64,000 nt of DNA, taken from positions 32,001 through 96,000 of the IMG/VR virus record IMGVR_UViG_3300031951_000022. The stretch is one strand, 5' to 3'. The notes beneath the pieces are model-generated. The model was not told where the DNA came from. It was given only the letters and a program-made list of their open reading frames with translations, and ran no database searches. This DNA comes from a virus. The position numbers were made by a program, and so were the translations under genes. Each line of letters starts with the position of its first letter. The first letter of the stretch is position 1. Below are positions 41,232-51,279 of the stretch, piece after piece.

Positions 41232-43415
41232 ATGCCAAGAAAAAAATATCCTAAAAGCGACAATATTCCAACAGCTCCTAATGTTATGCCTGAAAATGCA
41301 TATGTAACATGGGATGATAATGATTTGGCCAGTAAACAAAAAGCTTTAGATGAATCCAGCAAGGGTTTAGAAGAATACGGCTTATTCACCAATAAGACTA
41401 CTGCTGCTACTAGTCGTTTTAGAAACTTTATGAATCTAGACGGTCAGGTTTCTGGTCGCCCAGGATTAACAAAAAACGATTATGATTATTTCCGTCCAGA
41501 TGAAGCCATACCCACAGAAATCAAAGCCATCTTTGCAATGGCAGATCAAATCTATAATCGTGTAGGCTTAGTAAAAAATGTTATTGATCTTATGGGCGAC
41601 TTTGCTAGTCAAGGTATTAGGCTTGTTCATCCCAATAAGCGTATAGAAAGATTTTATCGTAATTGGTTTGAGAAAGTTAAGGGAGAAGAAAGAAGCGAAA
41701 GATTTTTAAATAATTTATACAGAGTAGGTAATGTTGTTATTCATAAGCAAACAGCTAAGATCAGTGTCAAAGTAGCCGATGAAATGTATAAAGCCAAAGC
41801 TTCTTCTGATCTTATCGTTAGTTCTGATGATACTAAAGTAGAAAAAAGAGAAATTCCTTGGAAATATACTTTTATAGATCCTCGTGCGGTGGACATAGTA
41901 GGAGCTTCTTTATCTTCTTTTGTCGGGGATAAAAAATATACAATCACTATTCCTGCTAGTCTCAGAAAAATTATTAATGCTCCTCGTAATGATGCTGAAA
42001 AAGAAATAATAAATCAACTACCTTTAGCTATTATCGAAGCAGCACAAAGCAAGAAGGGCTATAATTTAGACCCAGAAAAAACATTAGTATTTCACTACAA
42101 GAAAGACGATTGGAAAACATGGGCCTTCCCCATGATCTATAGTATTATGGATGATATTTCTATTGTAGAAAAACTAAAACTAGCAGACTTAGCAGCTCTT
42201 GATGGCGCCATTAGCAATATTAGAATTTTTAAACTAGGAAGCCTAGAACATAAGATTGCTCCAACACAAGCCGCCGCTAGTAAGCTTAGTCAAATACTAC
42301 AGGGAAATGTTGGTGGTGGTACAATGGATCTTGTGTGGGGTCCAGATATTGAGCTAATTGAAAGTAAAACATCTGTACATCAGTTCTTAGGCGAAGGCAA
42401 ATATACTCCGCACTTAAATGCTATTTATGCGGGATTAGGTATTCCACCTACTCTCACCGGCACTTTCGGTGCTGCTGGTACCACAAATAACTTTATTAGT
42501 TTAAAGACATTAACTCAAAGACTTCAGTATGGTAGAAAAGTATTGATGTCTTTTTGGAAGCATGAAATTGAACTAGTACAAAAGGCTATGGGTTTTAGGT
42601 TTCCAGCAAAGATAGAGTTTGACAGAATGGATCTTAGTAATGAAGATGCCGAAAAGGCGTTATTAGTACAACTAGCTGATCGTAATCTTGTTAGCGATGA
42701 AATGCTACAAAGAGTCTTTGGTTTTGATCCAGATACAGAAAAGAGTAGACTTAACAGAGAATATAAGGCTAGAACTAATGAAACAATGGTCCCTAAAGCT
42801 GGTCCTTGGCATAATCCTCAGCTTGAAGATAATCTTAAAAAGATTGCTTTACAAACTGGCATAGTAACACCAAGTCAGGTTGGATTAGAACTTGATAGAA
42901 AAAAACCCAGCGAACAAAGCGCTATGGATATGAAGTCTCCTTCATCTTCTGGTCCTCAAGCGCCTACTAGTCCGTCCGGACAACCACAACAAGGCCGACC
43001 CAAAAACAGCAACGATACAAAAAAAAGAAAGACCAAACAGTTCAGCCCACAAACAGGCGCGTCTTTACATCTATGGGCCATAGAAGCTCAAGACAAAATT
43101 GCGGAACTTATGAATCCTCATCTTCTAGCTTTTTATGACAAAAAAAATATGAGGAGCTTATCTAACGCAGAATATGAAGAAGCAGAAGCAACAAAAACGA
43201 AAATCTTCTTGTCACTGTCTCCGATGGAAACAATTACCGAAGAATTAGTTTTGTCAAAACTCAATACTATTAATAGTATTGATATTAATGCGAAAAATAA
43301 AAACTATAATAAACTATTAAAAGGCATAAGTAACGAAATTAATAGAGAACCAACAACCGAAGAACTTAAGTATACCAAAGCGTATTTTTATCAAACGGTG
43401 TATTCTGAGCAATAG
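41232..43415 (+). CDS. portal protein
   Basis: Immediately after TerL; 727 aa; GLGIP motif; GRP-containing C-terminal extension. Confidence 0.8.
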   Translation: MPRKKYPKSDNIPTAPNVMPENAYVTWDDNDLASKQKALDESSKGLEEYGLFTNKTTAATSRFRNFMNLDGQVSGRPGLTKNDYDYFRPDEAIPTEIKAIFAMADQIYNRVGLVKNVIDLMGDFASQGIRLVHPNKRIERFYRNWFEKVKGEERSERFLNNLYRVGNVVIHKQTAKISVKVADEMYKAKASSDLIVSSDDTKVEKREIPWKYTFIDPRAVDIVGASLSSFVGDKKYTITIPASLRKIINAPRNDAEKEIINQLPLAIIEAAQSKKGYNLDPEKTLVFHYKKDDWKTWAFPMIYSIMDDISIVEKLKLADLAALDGAISNIRIFKLGSLEHKIAPTQAAASKLSQILQGNVGGGTMDLVWGPDIELIESKTSVHQFLGEGKYTPHLNAIYAGLGIPPTLTGTFGAAGTTNNFISLKTLTQRLQYGRKVLMSFWKHEIELVQKAMGFRFPAKIEFDRMDLSNEDAEKALLVQLADRNLVSDEMLQRVFGFDPDTEKSRLNREYKARTNETMVPKAGPWHNPQLEDNLKKIALQTGIVTPSQVGLELDRKKPSEQSAMDMKSPSSSGPQAPTSPSGQPQQGRPKNSNDTKKRKTKQFSPQTGASLHLWAIEAQDKIAELMNPHLLAFYDKKNMRSLSNAEYEEAEATKTKIFLSLSPMETITEELVLSKLNTINSIDINAKNKNYNKLLKGISNEINREPTTEELKYTKAYFYQTVYSEQ

Positions 43416-43437
43416 ACCACAATAATTGAGGTAAATA

Positions 43438-44919
43438 ATGCATATTTTTAAAGATGAACAAGAAGCAGGACTATCAGAAGCCTTATCTGCAAAATCCTCT
43501 ATTGTATATGCTTCGCTGGCCGAAAAAGTAGAGCCTGCCGAAATCGCACATAAAAAACTTAAATCTGACAAGGCTTTAGCTGGAATAGAAGATACAGACC
43601 TATACTATACACAGTCCATTTTGGTAACAACATCATGGAATAAAAATGACGATATTTTTGATGCTAAAGAGGTTTGGCTGGCTAGAGAAACCCCAACCCA
43701 CAAACCCACCAATCTTGAACATAACGAAAGCATTATAGTAGGCCATATAACTTCTAATTGGCCAATAGACGATGAAGGAAACCCAATTGAAACTAACACT
43801 GCAACACAAGATTTACCAGAAAAATTTCATATTTTAACAGGCTCGGTTATCTATAAGGGATTTACGGATCCTGAACTCCACGAAAGAGCCACACAACTTA
43901 TCGAAGAAATTGAAGCTGGCGAAAAATATGTTAGTATGGAATGTTTTTTTAAGGGATTTGATTATGGACTCTTAAATAAAAGCACTGGTAAGTATCATAT
44001 TTTAGCAAGAAATGAAGATACAGCATTTTTAACAAAACACTTAAGAGCTTATGGTGGAATAGGAGAACATGAAAATTATAAGGTTGGTAGAGTATTAAGA
44101 GAAATAACATTTTCTGGCAAGGGGTTTGTTAATAGGCCAGCCAATCCAGAAAGCATTATATTTACTAAAGACAATCTTAAATTATCAAAAGAGATAGCAT
44201 CCACAAAAAAAATAAACGAAAAAAATGACGATTCTTCGCAAGAAGGTGTATTTTCAAATCAAGCCAATTTAAAGGAGACAATTATGAGTGTTGAATCTGA
44301 AATAACTCAAGCAGAAGAAGTAACCACTGTCACCGAAACAGAGGTTGTTGATACTGTTGAGTCTACAGAAGTTGTGGCCACAGACACTGTCATTGACACA
44401 GAGACAGTTGAAAAAGAAGAAGCTGCCAAGAAAATGGTAGAAGAAATGACCAAAAAAGAAGAAGAAATGAAAAAGATGAAGGCCGCACTAGAAGCCGCTC
44501 AAGCAGAATTAGAAGTCGCCAATGAAGCTTTAGCAGCCTATAAAAATAAAGAAGCAGAAATGCTCAAGAAAGAAAAGAAGGCCAAAAGAATGGCTGCTCT
44601 TATGAACAGTGGCGTTAGCGAAGAACTAGCTAGTGCAACAGTTGATAAGTTCGAATCTTTAGAAGATGAAGCTTTTGACAGTATCGCATCTTTAGTAGCG
44701 GCTAGTAAAACAGCAACTACAACAGAAGAAACAACTAAGGCCGAAGAAACAGAAGTCAAGACTGACGATGTTTCGCTTGCTTTAGAAAACGTTGAAGTAG
44801 AGCAGGTTCCAGACCTTGCTGTTGGCGGCGAGACAGAATCAGAAGCTCAAAGTACTAGAGCAGCATTAGTTGACTTTGTTTGTATTAGACTAGGTAAAAA
44901 ACTTAATAAGGGAGAGTAA
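43438..44919 (+). CDS. prohead protease fused to scaffold
   Basis: WNKNDD, NLEH, VSMEC, FSG.G.V..PA; acidic coiled-coil C-terminal half. Confidence 0.78.
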   Translation: MHIFKDEQEAGLSEALSAKSSIVYASLAEKVEPAEIAHKKLKSDKALAGIEDTDLYYTQSILVTTSWNKNDDIFDAKEVWLARETPTHKPTNLEHNESIIVGHITSNWPIDDEGNPIETNTATQDLPEKFHILTGSVIYKGFTDPELHERATQLIEEIEAGEKYVSMECFFKGFDYGLLNKSTGKYHILARNEDTAFLTKHLRAYGGIGEHENYKVGRVLREITFSGKGFVNRPANPESIIFTKDNLKLSKEIASTKKINEKNDDSSQEGVFSNQANLKETIMSVESEITQAEEVTTVTETEVVDTVESTEVVATDTVIDTETVEKEEAAKKMVEEMTKKEEEMKKMKAALEAAQAELEVANEALAAYKNKEAEMLKKEKKAKRMAALMNSGVSEELASATVDKFESLEDEAFDSIASLVAASKTATTTEETTKAEETEVKTDDVSLALENVEVEQVPDLAVGGETESEAQSTRAALVDFVCIRLGKKLNKGE

Positions 44920-44921
44920 AC

Positions 44922-45398
44922 ATGGCTTTAAAATCAGATCGCGTTGAAGCTTACACAGATATTTCATTTTTCTGCAACGACTCGTCAGCAGAGCGTGGCG
45001 TTATCGCCGTACACAGTACAGGTGGTAGCGGCGTGGCTATGGACGATTCACTTGCCGTAGTAACAACAGTAGTTGCAGCACCATCTGGCACAAGACCAGC
45101 CGGTTTGCTACTCAATGATGTTGTAAGTCTTGATCTTACAAGACAACACATCAACTGGCATCGTGATGAAGTTCAAACAGGTAGTAAAGTAACACTATTA
45201 CGTCAGGGTCAAGTAACAACAAACATGGTTGTTTCTGGCGTAACACCAACAGTGGGCCAAGATGCTTACTATGGTGTTAACGGTAAACTAACCAACGTTA
45301 GCACAGTAGGTGCAGCATCTGCTGGCGTTAAGGTAGGTCGTTTCCTAAGTGTGAAAGATGCTGACGGTTACGTAAAAGTAGACATTAATATAACTTGA
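44922..45398 (+). CDS. capsid decoration/cement protein
   Basis: Small beta-rich protein between scaffold and major capsid. Confidence 0.65.
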   Translation: MALKSDRVEAYTDISFFCNDSSAERGVIAVHSTGGSGVAMDDSLAVVTTVVAAPSGTRPAGLLLNDVVSLDLTRQHINWHRDEVQTGSKVTLLRQGQVTTNMVVSGVTPTVGQDAYYGVNGKLTNVSTVGAASAGVKVGRFLSVKDADGYVKVDINIT

Positions 45399-45412
45399 TA
45401 AGGGAGAAAAAC

Positions 45413-46429
45413 ATGGCTAATAGAAAATTTGAAGCAACACCAGAACTCACAAATTTACTTGTAAAGTCTGGTTCATTACATAAAGAAGAGGCTCTTGCCG
45501 CAAACCACGAGTTTGCCAAGGCCCTAGAACTACCCCTTCGTCAGGGTGTTCTAAGTGGTAATATTCTAGATGACATTTTCGAGCCAATTCAACTTGCTCA
45601 AAGTGCCACTCCAGAATTTCCACTAGACTTCCTTGCTCCTGGTTCGGAGAAGGATTTCGTGGCTTATACCATCCCAAATCATGGTTATATTCCACAAAAG
45701 CACGTTGAAGGCGATTATGTCATGGTTCCAACCTATGATATTGGCGCCAGCATCGACTATCTTCTAAAGTATGCCCGTGACGCCCGCTGGGACGTTGTTG
45801 GTCGTGCTATGGAAGTTCTCGAAGCACAGTTTGTCAAGAAGATGAACGATGATGGTTGGCATACTCTTCTTGCTGCTGGTGTAGACCGTAACATCGTGGT
45901 ATATGATACCGACGCTAACGACGGCCTATTCAGCAAGAGACTAGTAAGTCTTATGAAGACTGTGATGCGCAGAAACGGTGGTGGTAACTCAGCTAGTAAC
46001 AATCGTGGTATGTTAACAGACCTCTATGTTTCTCCAGAGGCTATGGAAGACATCCGCAATTGGGGTCTAGATCAGATCGACGAAGTTACTCGTCGTGAAA
46101 TCTACACTGCTGCTGATGGCACTCTCAACCGTGTTTTCGGTATCAATCTCCATGATCGTGATGAGCTTGGTGAAGGTCAGCAATATCAACTCTTCTACGA
46201 AAACGTTCTCGGTGGAACTCTCCCCGGCGACGAAACTTTCCAGAAGACTGAGCTTGTTGTTGGTCTTGATCTTCGCAAGAGAGATAGCTTTATTATGCCA
46301 GTTCGTCAAGAAGTTCAAATCTTCGAAGATGATACTCTTCACCGTCAGAAGAGAGCCGGTTTCTACGGCTGGGCAGAGCAAGGCTTTGCTGTTCTTGACA
46401 ATCGTAGAGTGCTCCTCGGCGCCCTATAA
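45413..46429 (+). CDS. major capsid protein (HK97-like)
   Basis: ~340 aa, biased codon usage, position, followed by a terminator. Confidence 0.85.
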   Translation: MANRKFEATPELTNLLVKSGSLHKEEALAANHEFAKALELPLRQGVLSGNILDDIFEPIQLAQSATPEFPLDFLAPGSEKDFVAYTIPNHGYIPQKHVEGDYVMVPTYDIGASIDYLLKYARDARWDVVGRAMEVLEAQFVKKMNDDGWHTLLAAGVDRNIVVYDTDANDGLFSKRLVSLMKTVMRRNGGGNSASNNRGMLTDLYVSPEAMEDIRNWGLDQIDEVTRREIYTAADGTLNRVFGINLHDRDELGEGQQYQLFYENVLGGTLPGDETFQKTELVVGLDLRKRDSFIMPVRQEVQIFEDDTLHRQKRAGFYGWAEQGFAVLDNRRVLLGAL

Positions 46430-46456
46430 TTGCTCATATCAAACCTTAATAAAAGA

Positions 46457-46486
46457 AGGCTGGCCGAAAGGCTGGCCTTTTTTTTT
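46457..46486 (+). terminator. intrinsic terminator after the capsid gene
   Basis: aaggctggcc-gaaa-ggctggcctt + T-run. Confidence 0.85.
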
Positions 46487-46487
46487 A

Positions 46488-46500
46488 GGTGTATATTATA
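46488..46500 (+). promoter_or_regulatory. candidate late-promoter motif RGTGTA..ATA (representative copy)
   Basis: Also at 8176, 22234, 27022, 36265, 41186, 43397, 44245, 53426 and 56118. Confidence 0.55.
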
Positions 46501-46535
46501 AGGTAACATCAATTAAAAAATACTGAGGAGTATAC

Positions 46536-46940
46536 ATGGCAGCCTCAAGATACGATTTTTCTATCGAACAAGGGTCTTCTTTTGCCTTATCTATTGTTTA
46601 TAAGGACGGGAATGGTAATATTATAGATTTGACAGGATATTGTGCTAGACTAATGTGGAAAACTAATAATGGAACAATTAAAGTATTTAGTTCTTTAGAT
46701 ACTAACTATAGCGAATATTGGTTGAATATAGATGCAGTTCTTGGGAAAATAGTTTTCATGCTTCCCTCTGATATTACTAATTCTCTTGGTTTTAAAATGG
46801 CTAAATATGATTTAGAGCTACAAAGTGGCACCGACCTATATGTTGGGGGTGGTAAACAAACAGATAGAATTCTATATGGTTTAATATCGGTAGTTGAAAG
46901 ATTTAGTCAATCACCATCACAACTAGACTGTGCTTCATGA
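46536..46940 (+). CDS. virion structural protein (BppU-N/Ig-like adaptor)
   Basis: IEQGSSF...DLTGY.AR...YDLEL motif. Confidence 0.65.
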   Translation: MAASRYDFSIEQGSSFALSIVYKDGNGNIIDLTGYCARLMWKTNNGTIKVFSSLDTNYSEYWLNIDAVLGKIVFMLPSDITNSLGFKMAKYDLELQSGTDLYVGGGKQTDRILYGLISVVERFSQSPSQLDCAS

Positions 46941-49078
46941 GTATTTTTGAAGTTCAAATACTGCAACCGTCTGGAGCCGTTTTAGAAGTAGAGACAGTAT
47001 CAGGCTCTAACACTTCTAGGCTAGAAATTCTTCAAGAGAATAATACAAAAAATATAGAGATTCTCCAAGAAGATGTTACAAATATAGAAATTATACAAGA
47101 GGGAATAAATAATCTAGAGATTGTTCAGGGCGTCACAGCTATTCTGCCGCCTGACTTTACTTCTTTAATAGATCAAGAAATTGTAGATTTTATTAAAGCA
47201 GGATCCGGAATAATATTATCTGCTTCATCTAGCGGACTAGAAATTTCTACTTCTATAGTTGGTGGTAGTGGTGGCGTTCAGCTTAGTCCTGAGCAAATTG
47301 ATGATCGTGTTAGTAATTTATTAAAAGCTGGTCAATATATTACTTTAACTTATAATGATGCTCAAGATCAGCTTGTTGTTGGGGTGACTGGATTACAACC
47401 TTCGGGCAATTATAGTATCAGTGGTCATGCTCATACCACATCAGACATTAGCGGTTTTACTAACGGCGTTTTAAATTCTGTTAGTGGAATTTACGCTCCT
47501 TTAAATAGTCCTAGTTTTAGTGGCGCTCCAACGGCCCCAACGGCCCCTAGTGGATCTAACTCTACTCAGATTGCCAATACGTCTTTTGTGAAGACTGAAA
47601 TAAATAGTCTAATTAATGGGGCTCCGTCGGGACTAAACACCCTTCAAGAATTAGCTTCTGCAATAAATAATGACGTTAATTTTTTTAGCACAGTGTCTAG
47701 CGGCTTAGCTCAAAAGGCCAATTTATCCGGAGCATCTTTTGCTGGTCCGGTTGCGGCACCATCCGGCAACTTTAGTATTTTACAACAGAGTGGAATTGCT
47801 GTTAGCGTATCCGGACATAAACACACTTATACTGATATTACTAATTTTGCAAGCGGTATCGAACAAGAAGTGAGTACATTATTAGTAGCTGGCAATTATA
47901 TTAGTATTAATTACGATAGTCTAAATGACACCTTAACCGTTAGTGCTACTGGCGTTCAGCCAAGCGGTAATTATAGCTTGGTGGGTCATACTCATACATC
48001 ATCAAATATAACGGATTTTAACAGTAGCGTTAGCGGATTATTACCCGTTAAGAATGTTATTGGTAGCGGATATATTGGAGTATCTGGTTCAAATGGTAAT
48101 TACACAGTATTTGCAACTGGATTACAGCCTAGTGGAAATTATGCTAACTCTATTCATTCTCATGCCATCGGAGACGTTACAGGACTACAAACGGCGTTAG
48201 ACAATAAAGTCCCGACAAACCATACCCACGATGATCGTTATTATACTGAGAGCGAAGTAGATAATTTATTATCCCTTAAACAATCTAGTGGTAACTATTC
48301 AATAGTTGGACACTCTCATACATCATCAGATATAACTAACTTTAATACTTCCGTTAGTGGTCTTCTTCCGGTAACAAATATTACTGGCGGAACAAATATC
48401 AGCGTTGTTCCCAGCGGAACCAATTTTACAGTTAGTGTAAGTGGACAACTTGGGTTGACGGCGGAAGAAGTAGACGACAGAGTTAGTAATCTACTAGTTG
48501 GTGGGAGTGGGATTAGTTTAAATTATGATGATAATGCAAATACTTTAACCATTAATAATACTAGTATTAGTCCAGACGAAATAGAAGAATATGCGACCAC
48601 AAGTAATTTCCCAGCGAGTGGCAATGCCAACATTCTTTACGTAGCTACTAATACGGGTCAATTATTTAAGTGGGATGGTTCTGTCTACTATGAGGCTGGA
48701 CCACAAGGAGCAAGCACAGGAACACACGGAACACAACACGACAGCGACGGAATTGACCCTATTCCTCTTACAGAATATAATGTTCCTCAGTTTACAGCTA
48801 ATACAAACAATTTAAATCACTTAAATAAAGATATACTATATATTACTGCTGATGCTAATAATAGGGAATTAACGGGCCTTTTAGCTCCAACTTTTTGTTG
48901 TGTAAAATTATTAGTAAATATTAGTAGTACAAATACTATAATTATAGATAATCAGTCCACTAATTCTGATCCGGCGAATAGATTTTTAATTTATACTGGA
49001 GCAGACTATTATTTATTGCCGGGACAGAGTTTGTCGGTATTATATAGTACAGAAGCTATGAGATGGAGAGTGTTGTGA
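46937..49078 (+). CDS. fibre protein with internal repeats
   Basis: Repeated GLQPSGNYS..GH.H..SDI..F; PTAPTA..NSTQIANT.FV; LNTLQELA. Confidence 0.75.
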   Translation: MSIFEVQILQPSGAVLEVETVSGSNTSRLEILQENNTKNIEILQEDVTNIEIIQEGINNLEIVQGVTAILPPDFTSLIDQEIVDFIKAGSGIILSASSSGLEISTSIVGGSGGVQLSPEQIDDRVSNLLKAGQYITLTYNDAQDQLVVGVTGLQPSGNYSISGHAHTTSDISGFTNGVLNSVSGIYAPLNSPSFSGAPTAPTAPSGSNSTQIANTSFVKTEINSLINGAPSGLNTLQELASAINNDVNFFSTVSSGLAQKANLSGASFAGPVAAPSGNFSILQQSGIAVSVSGHKHTYTDITNFASGIEQEVSTLLVAGNYISINYDSLNDTLTVSATGVQPSGNYSLVGHTHTSSNITDFNSSVSGLLPVKNVIGSGYIGVSGSNGNYTVFATGLQPSGNYANSIHSHAIGDVTGLQTALDNKVPTNHTHDDRYYTESEVDNLLSLKQSSGNYSIVGHSHTSSDITNFNTSVSGLLPVTNITGGTNISVVPSGTNFTVSVSGQLGLTAEEVDDRVSNLLVGGSGISLNYDDNANTLTINNTSISPDEIEEYATTSNFPASGNANILYVATNTGQLFKWDGSVYYEAGPQGASTGTHGTQHDSDGIDPIPLTEYNVPQFTANTNNLNHLNKDILYITADANNRELTGLLAPTFCCVKLLVNISSTNTIIIDNQSTNSDPANRFLIYTGADYYLLPGQSLSVLYSTEAMRWRVL

Positions 49079-50625
49079 GTTTAGCTAAATTAGTATTACC
49101 GGCACAAATACGAAGAAGGTATGATCCTGACGCGGCGGCGTATATAGCTAATGTTGAGGCCGCAGACGGCCAGAGTCTAGAGCAAGGAATCAAGGATGCT
49201 ATTACGGGTTTTGTTATTGATTGTAAAACCACTGGTATTTGGAATTCTATAAAAAGCTGCTGTTTGTTGTGTGGGGCCAGAACAATAGCCGGGGCCACAG
49301 TGCCACTAAAAGGAAATGCCCCAATATTGACAAGTTTTGTTGGAAATTACAGTAGAGAAAATGGATTAGTAAGAACGGGCGGATTTTTTAGTATTAATAG
49401 AAATAATAATGCTGATCCTCAAAATAGTAAACATGTTGCAGTATATCCGACCAGCATAGACTATGGAAGCTCGGATAGTAATTTTAGAGCAATAATAGGA
49501 TCAACAACAAGCAGCGGTTCTACATTTATTACAGTAAATAGCTTAGGTCTTGTCGCTAGAGCAAATACTTCTACTAATTTAGTTAATAATCAGCCAGTGT
49601 TCGCAAATAGTTTAATTGGCATATCCATATTCAACGATAGTCAAAGCCAACTATTATATAATAATAACTTATCAATATTAAATATATCAACAACAACACC
49701 AGTAAATAATGACTTATTATTATTCACTGGGGCTGGAGTTGCACCTTCTGCTGGTAGAGTAGTTTTTTATAGTGTTGGAGAAAGTTTAAATTTACAAATA
49801 TTAAATAATCTAATTAAAATACTAAGACAAAAAATACTACGCACTTTATCAACATATAGCGTGATAGACAATGATGCTCTAAATTATATAAAAAGAGTAG
49901 AAACTGCTGATGATTTTGTTTTAGAAAATAGCGTTAAGCAGGCTATAGATAATTTTATCTTAGGATTAAAAAACGACAACACTTGGTCAGCTATAAAAGC
50001 TTCGTGCATTATGTGTGGAGCTAGAACCATAAACGGAGCTTTAGTTCCTCTGGTCGGATTGCCTCCTATTAATTTCAATTTTACTCATGACAATAGCTAT
50101 ATTCGCTCTCTAGGATTAATTGGAATAAATAACGGTTTTAGGTTTTTAGATTCACGTAGAAGAAACGATGAAGACCCCCAAAACAATAGTCACCGTGCAG
50201 TTTACAAGCCTGTAGCCTCAAATTACTTAAATGTTTTTATTGGTACAACAAATACCAATGGACATGACTTTATTGGTGCTAGGGGTCAATTGTCTGGCGC
50301 TCTCATGGTAGCATCTAGACTAGCTGTAACTGCTGCTAATGATACGCCGTGGGGTTTTAATACAGGCGCAGGCTTAATAGGAATAGCTAGAAACAACAAT
50401 CTTAATTATGAGGTGATAGGTGCAGGATTGACAACAACTATCAGCGCAACATCTTTAACTCCTAGTGCTGGAAATATAGCTATTTTTGCTAGACCCGGAG
50501 GAGGAGTTAATTCCAACACAGATGCTAGATTATCTTTCTATAGCATTGGTGAGTATCTAAACTTGTCAACGCTAAATAGTAGAGTAGCTACATTAATGAC
50601 AGCACTGTCTAACGCTGGAATATAA
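49063..50625 (+). CDS. virion protein with two tandem homologous domains
   Basis: DA..YI..VE.AD...LE...K.AI..F...K....W..IK..C..CGART occurs twice. Confidence 0.7.
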   Translation: MESVVSLAKLVLPAQIRRRYDPDAAAYIANVEAADGQSLEQGIKDAITGFVIDCKTTGIWNSIKSCCLLCGARTIAGATVPLKGNAPILTSFVGNYSRENGLVRTGGFFSINRNNNADPQNSKHVAVYPTSIDYGSSDSNFRAIIGSTTSSGSTFITVNSLGLVARANTSTNLVNNQPVFANSLIGISIFNDSQSQLLYNNNLSILNISTTTPVNNDLLLFTGAGVAPSAGRVVFYSVGESLNLQILNNLIKILRQKILRTLSTYSVIDNDALNYIKRVETADDFVLENSVKQAIDNFILGLKNDNTWSAIKASCIMCGARTINGALVPLVGLPPINFNFTHDNSYIRSLGLIGINNGFRFLDSRRRNDEDPQNNSHRAVYKPVASNYLNVFIGTTNTNGHDFIGARGQLSGALMVASRLAVTAANDTPWGFNTGAGLIGIARNNNLNYEVIGAGLTTTISATSLTPSAGNIAIFARPGGGVNSNTDARLSFYSIGEYLNLSTLNSRVATLMTALSNAGI

Positions 50626-50635
50626 GGAGATAATT

Positions 50636-51279
50636 ATGCCACTTAACTTCCCAAACAATCCATCATTAAATCAAACAACCACCATCAACGGGCGTACTTA
50701 TCAGTGGAATGGCACTGCTTGGAATTTAGTAACATATACTTTGCCAACAGCATCAATCTTAAATCAAGGTAGCGTGCAAGTTGTTGATGGCGGTGGTATT
50801 AATGTATCAAACAGCGGACAAATAAGTTCTATAGGTTCACAATTGTATTTATGGGCAAACTTTAGGTAAAATTTTTAAGAAAGGAACTTTCTATGGCAAG
50901 TAATCCAGTTTTTGCAGTAACACCACGCATAGGGTTTGGTCAAGTTAGCACAGCGAACACGAACTATGACGGTGTGACCGGAACATATGTTGATATTATA
51001 ACGGGTGCTAGCACTGGCACAAGAATAGCGGAAATTGTCATACAGGCTACCGCAACAACAACAGCCGGTATGGTGCGTTTATTTATTACTGATGGCACAA
51101 CTACAAGAATGTTTGACGAAGTTTCCGTTGCCGCCGCCACGGTGAGTGCATCAGTAAAAGGAGCGAGACTAAGTACAACCTACAACAATCTTATTCTTCC
51201 AAATCAAAATTGGAGAATACGAGCTAGTACCCATAACGCCGTTGCTATAAACGTATTTGCTTTGGGGGCAGATTTGTGA
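50636..51279 (+). CDS. two small virion/fibre-associated proteins (50636-50869, 50893-51279)
   Basis: FP.NP..NQ.....GRTY.WNG..W motif; position in the fibre cluster. Confidence 0.65.
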
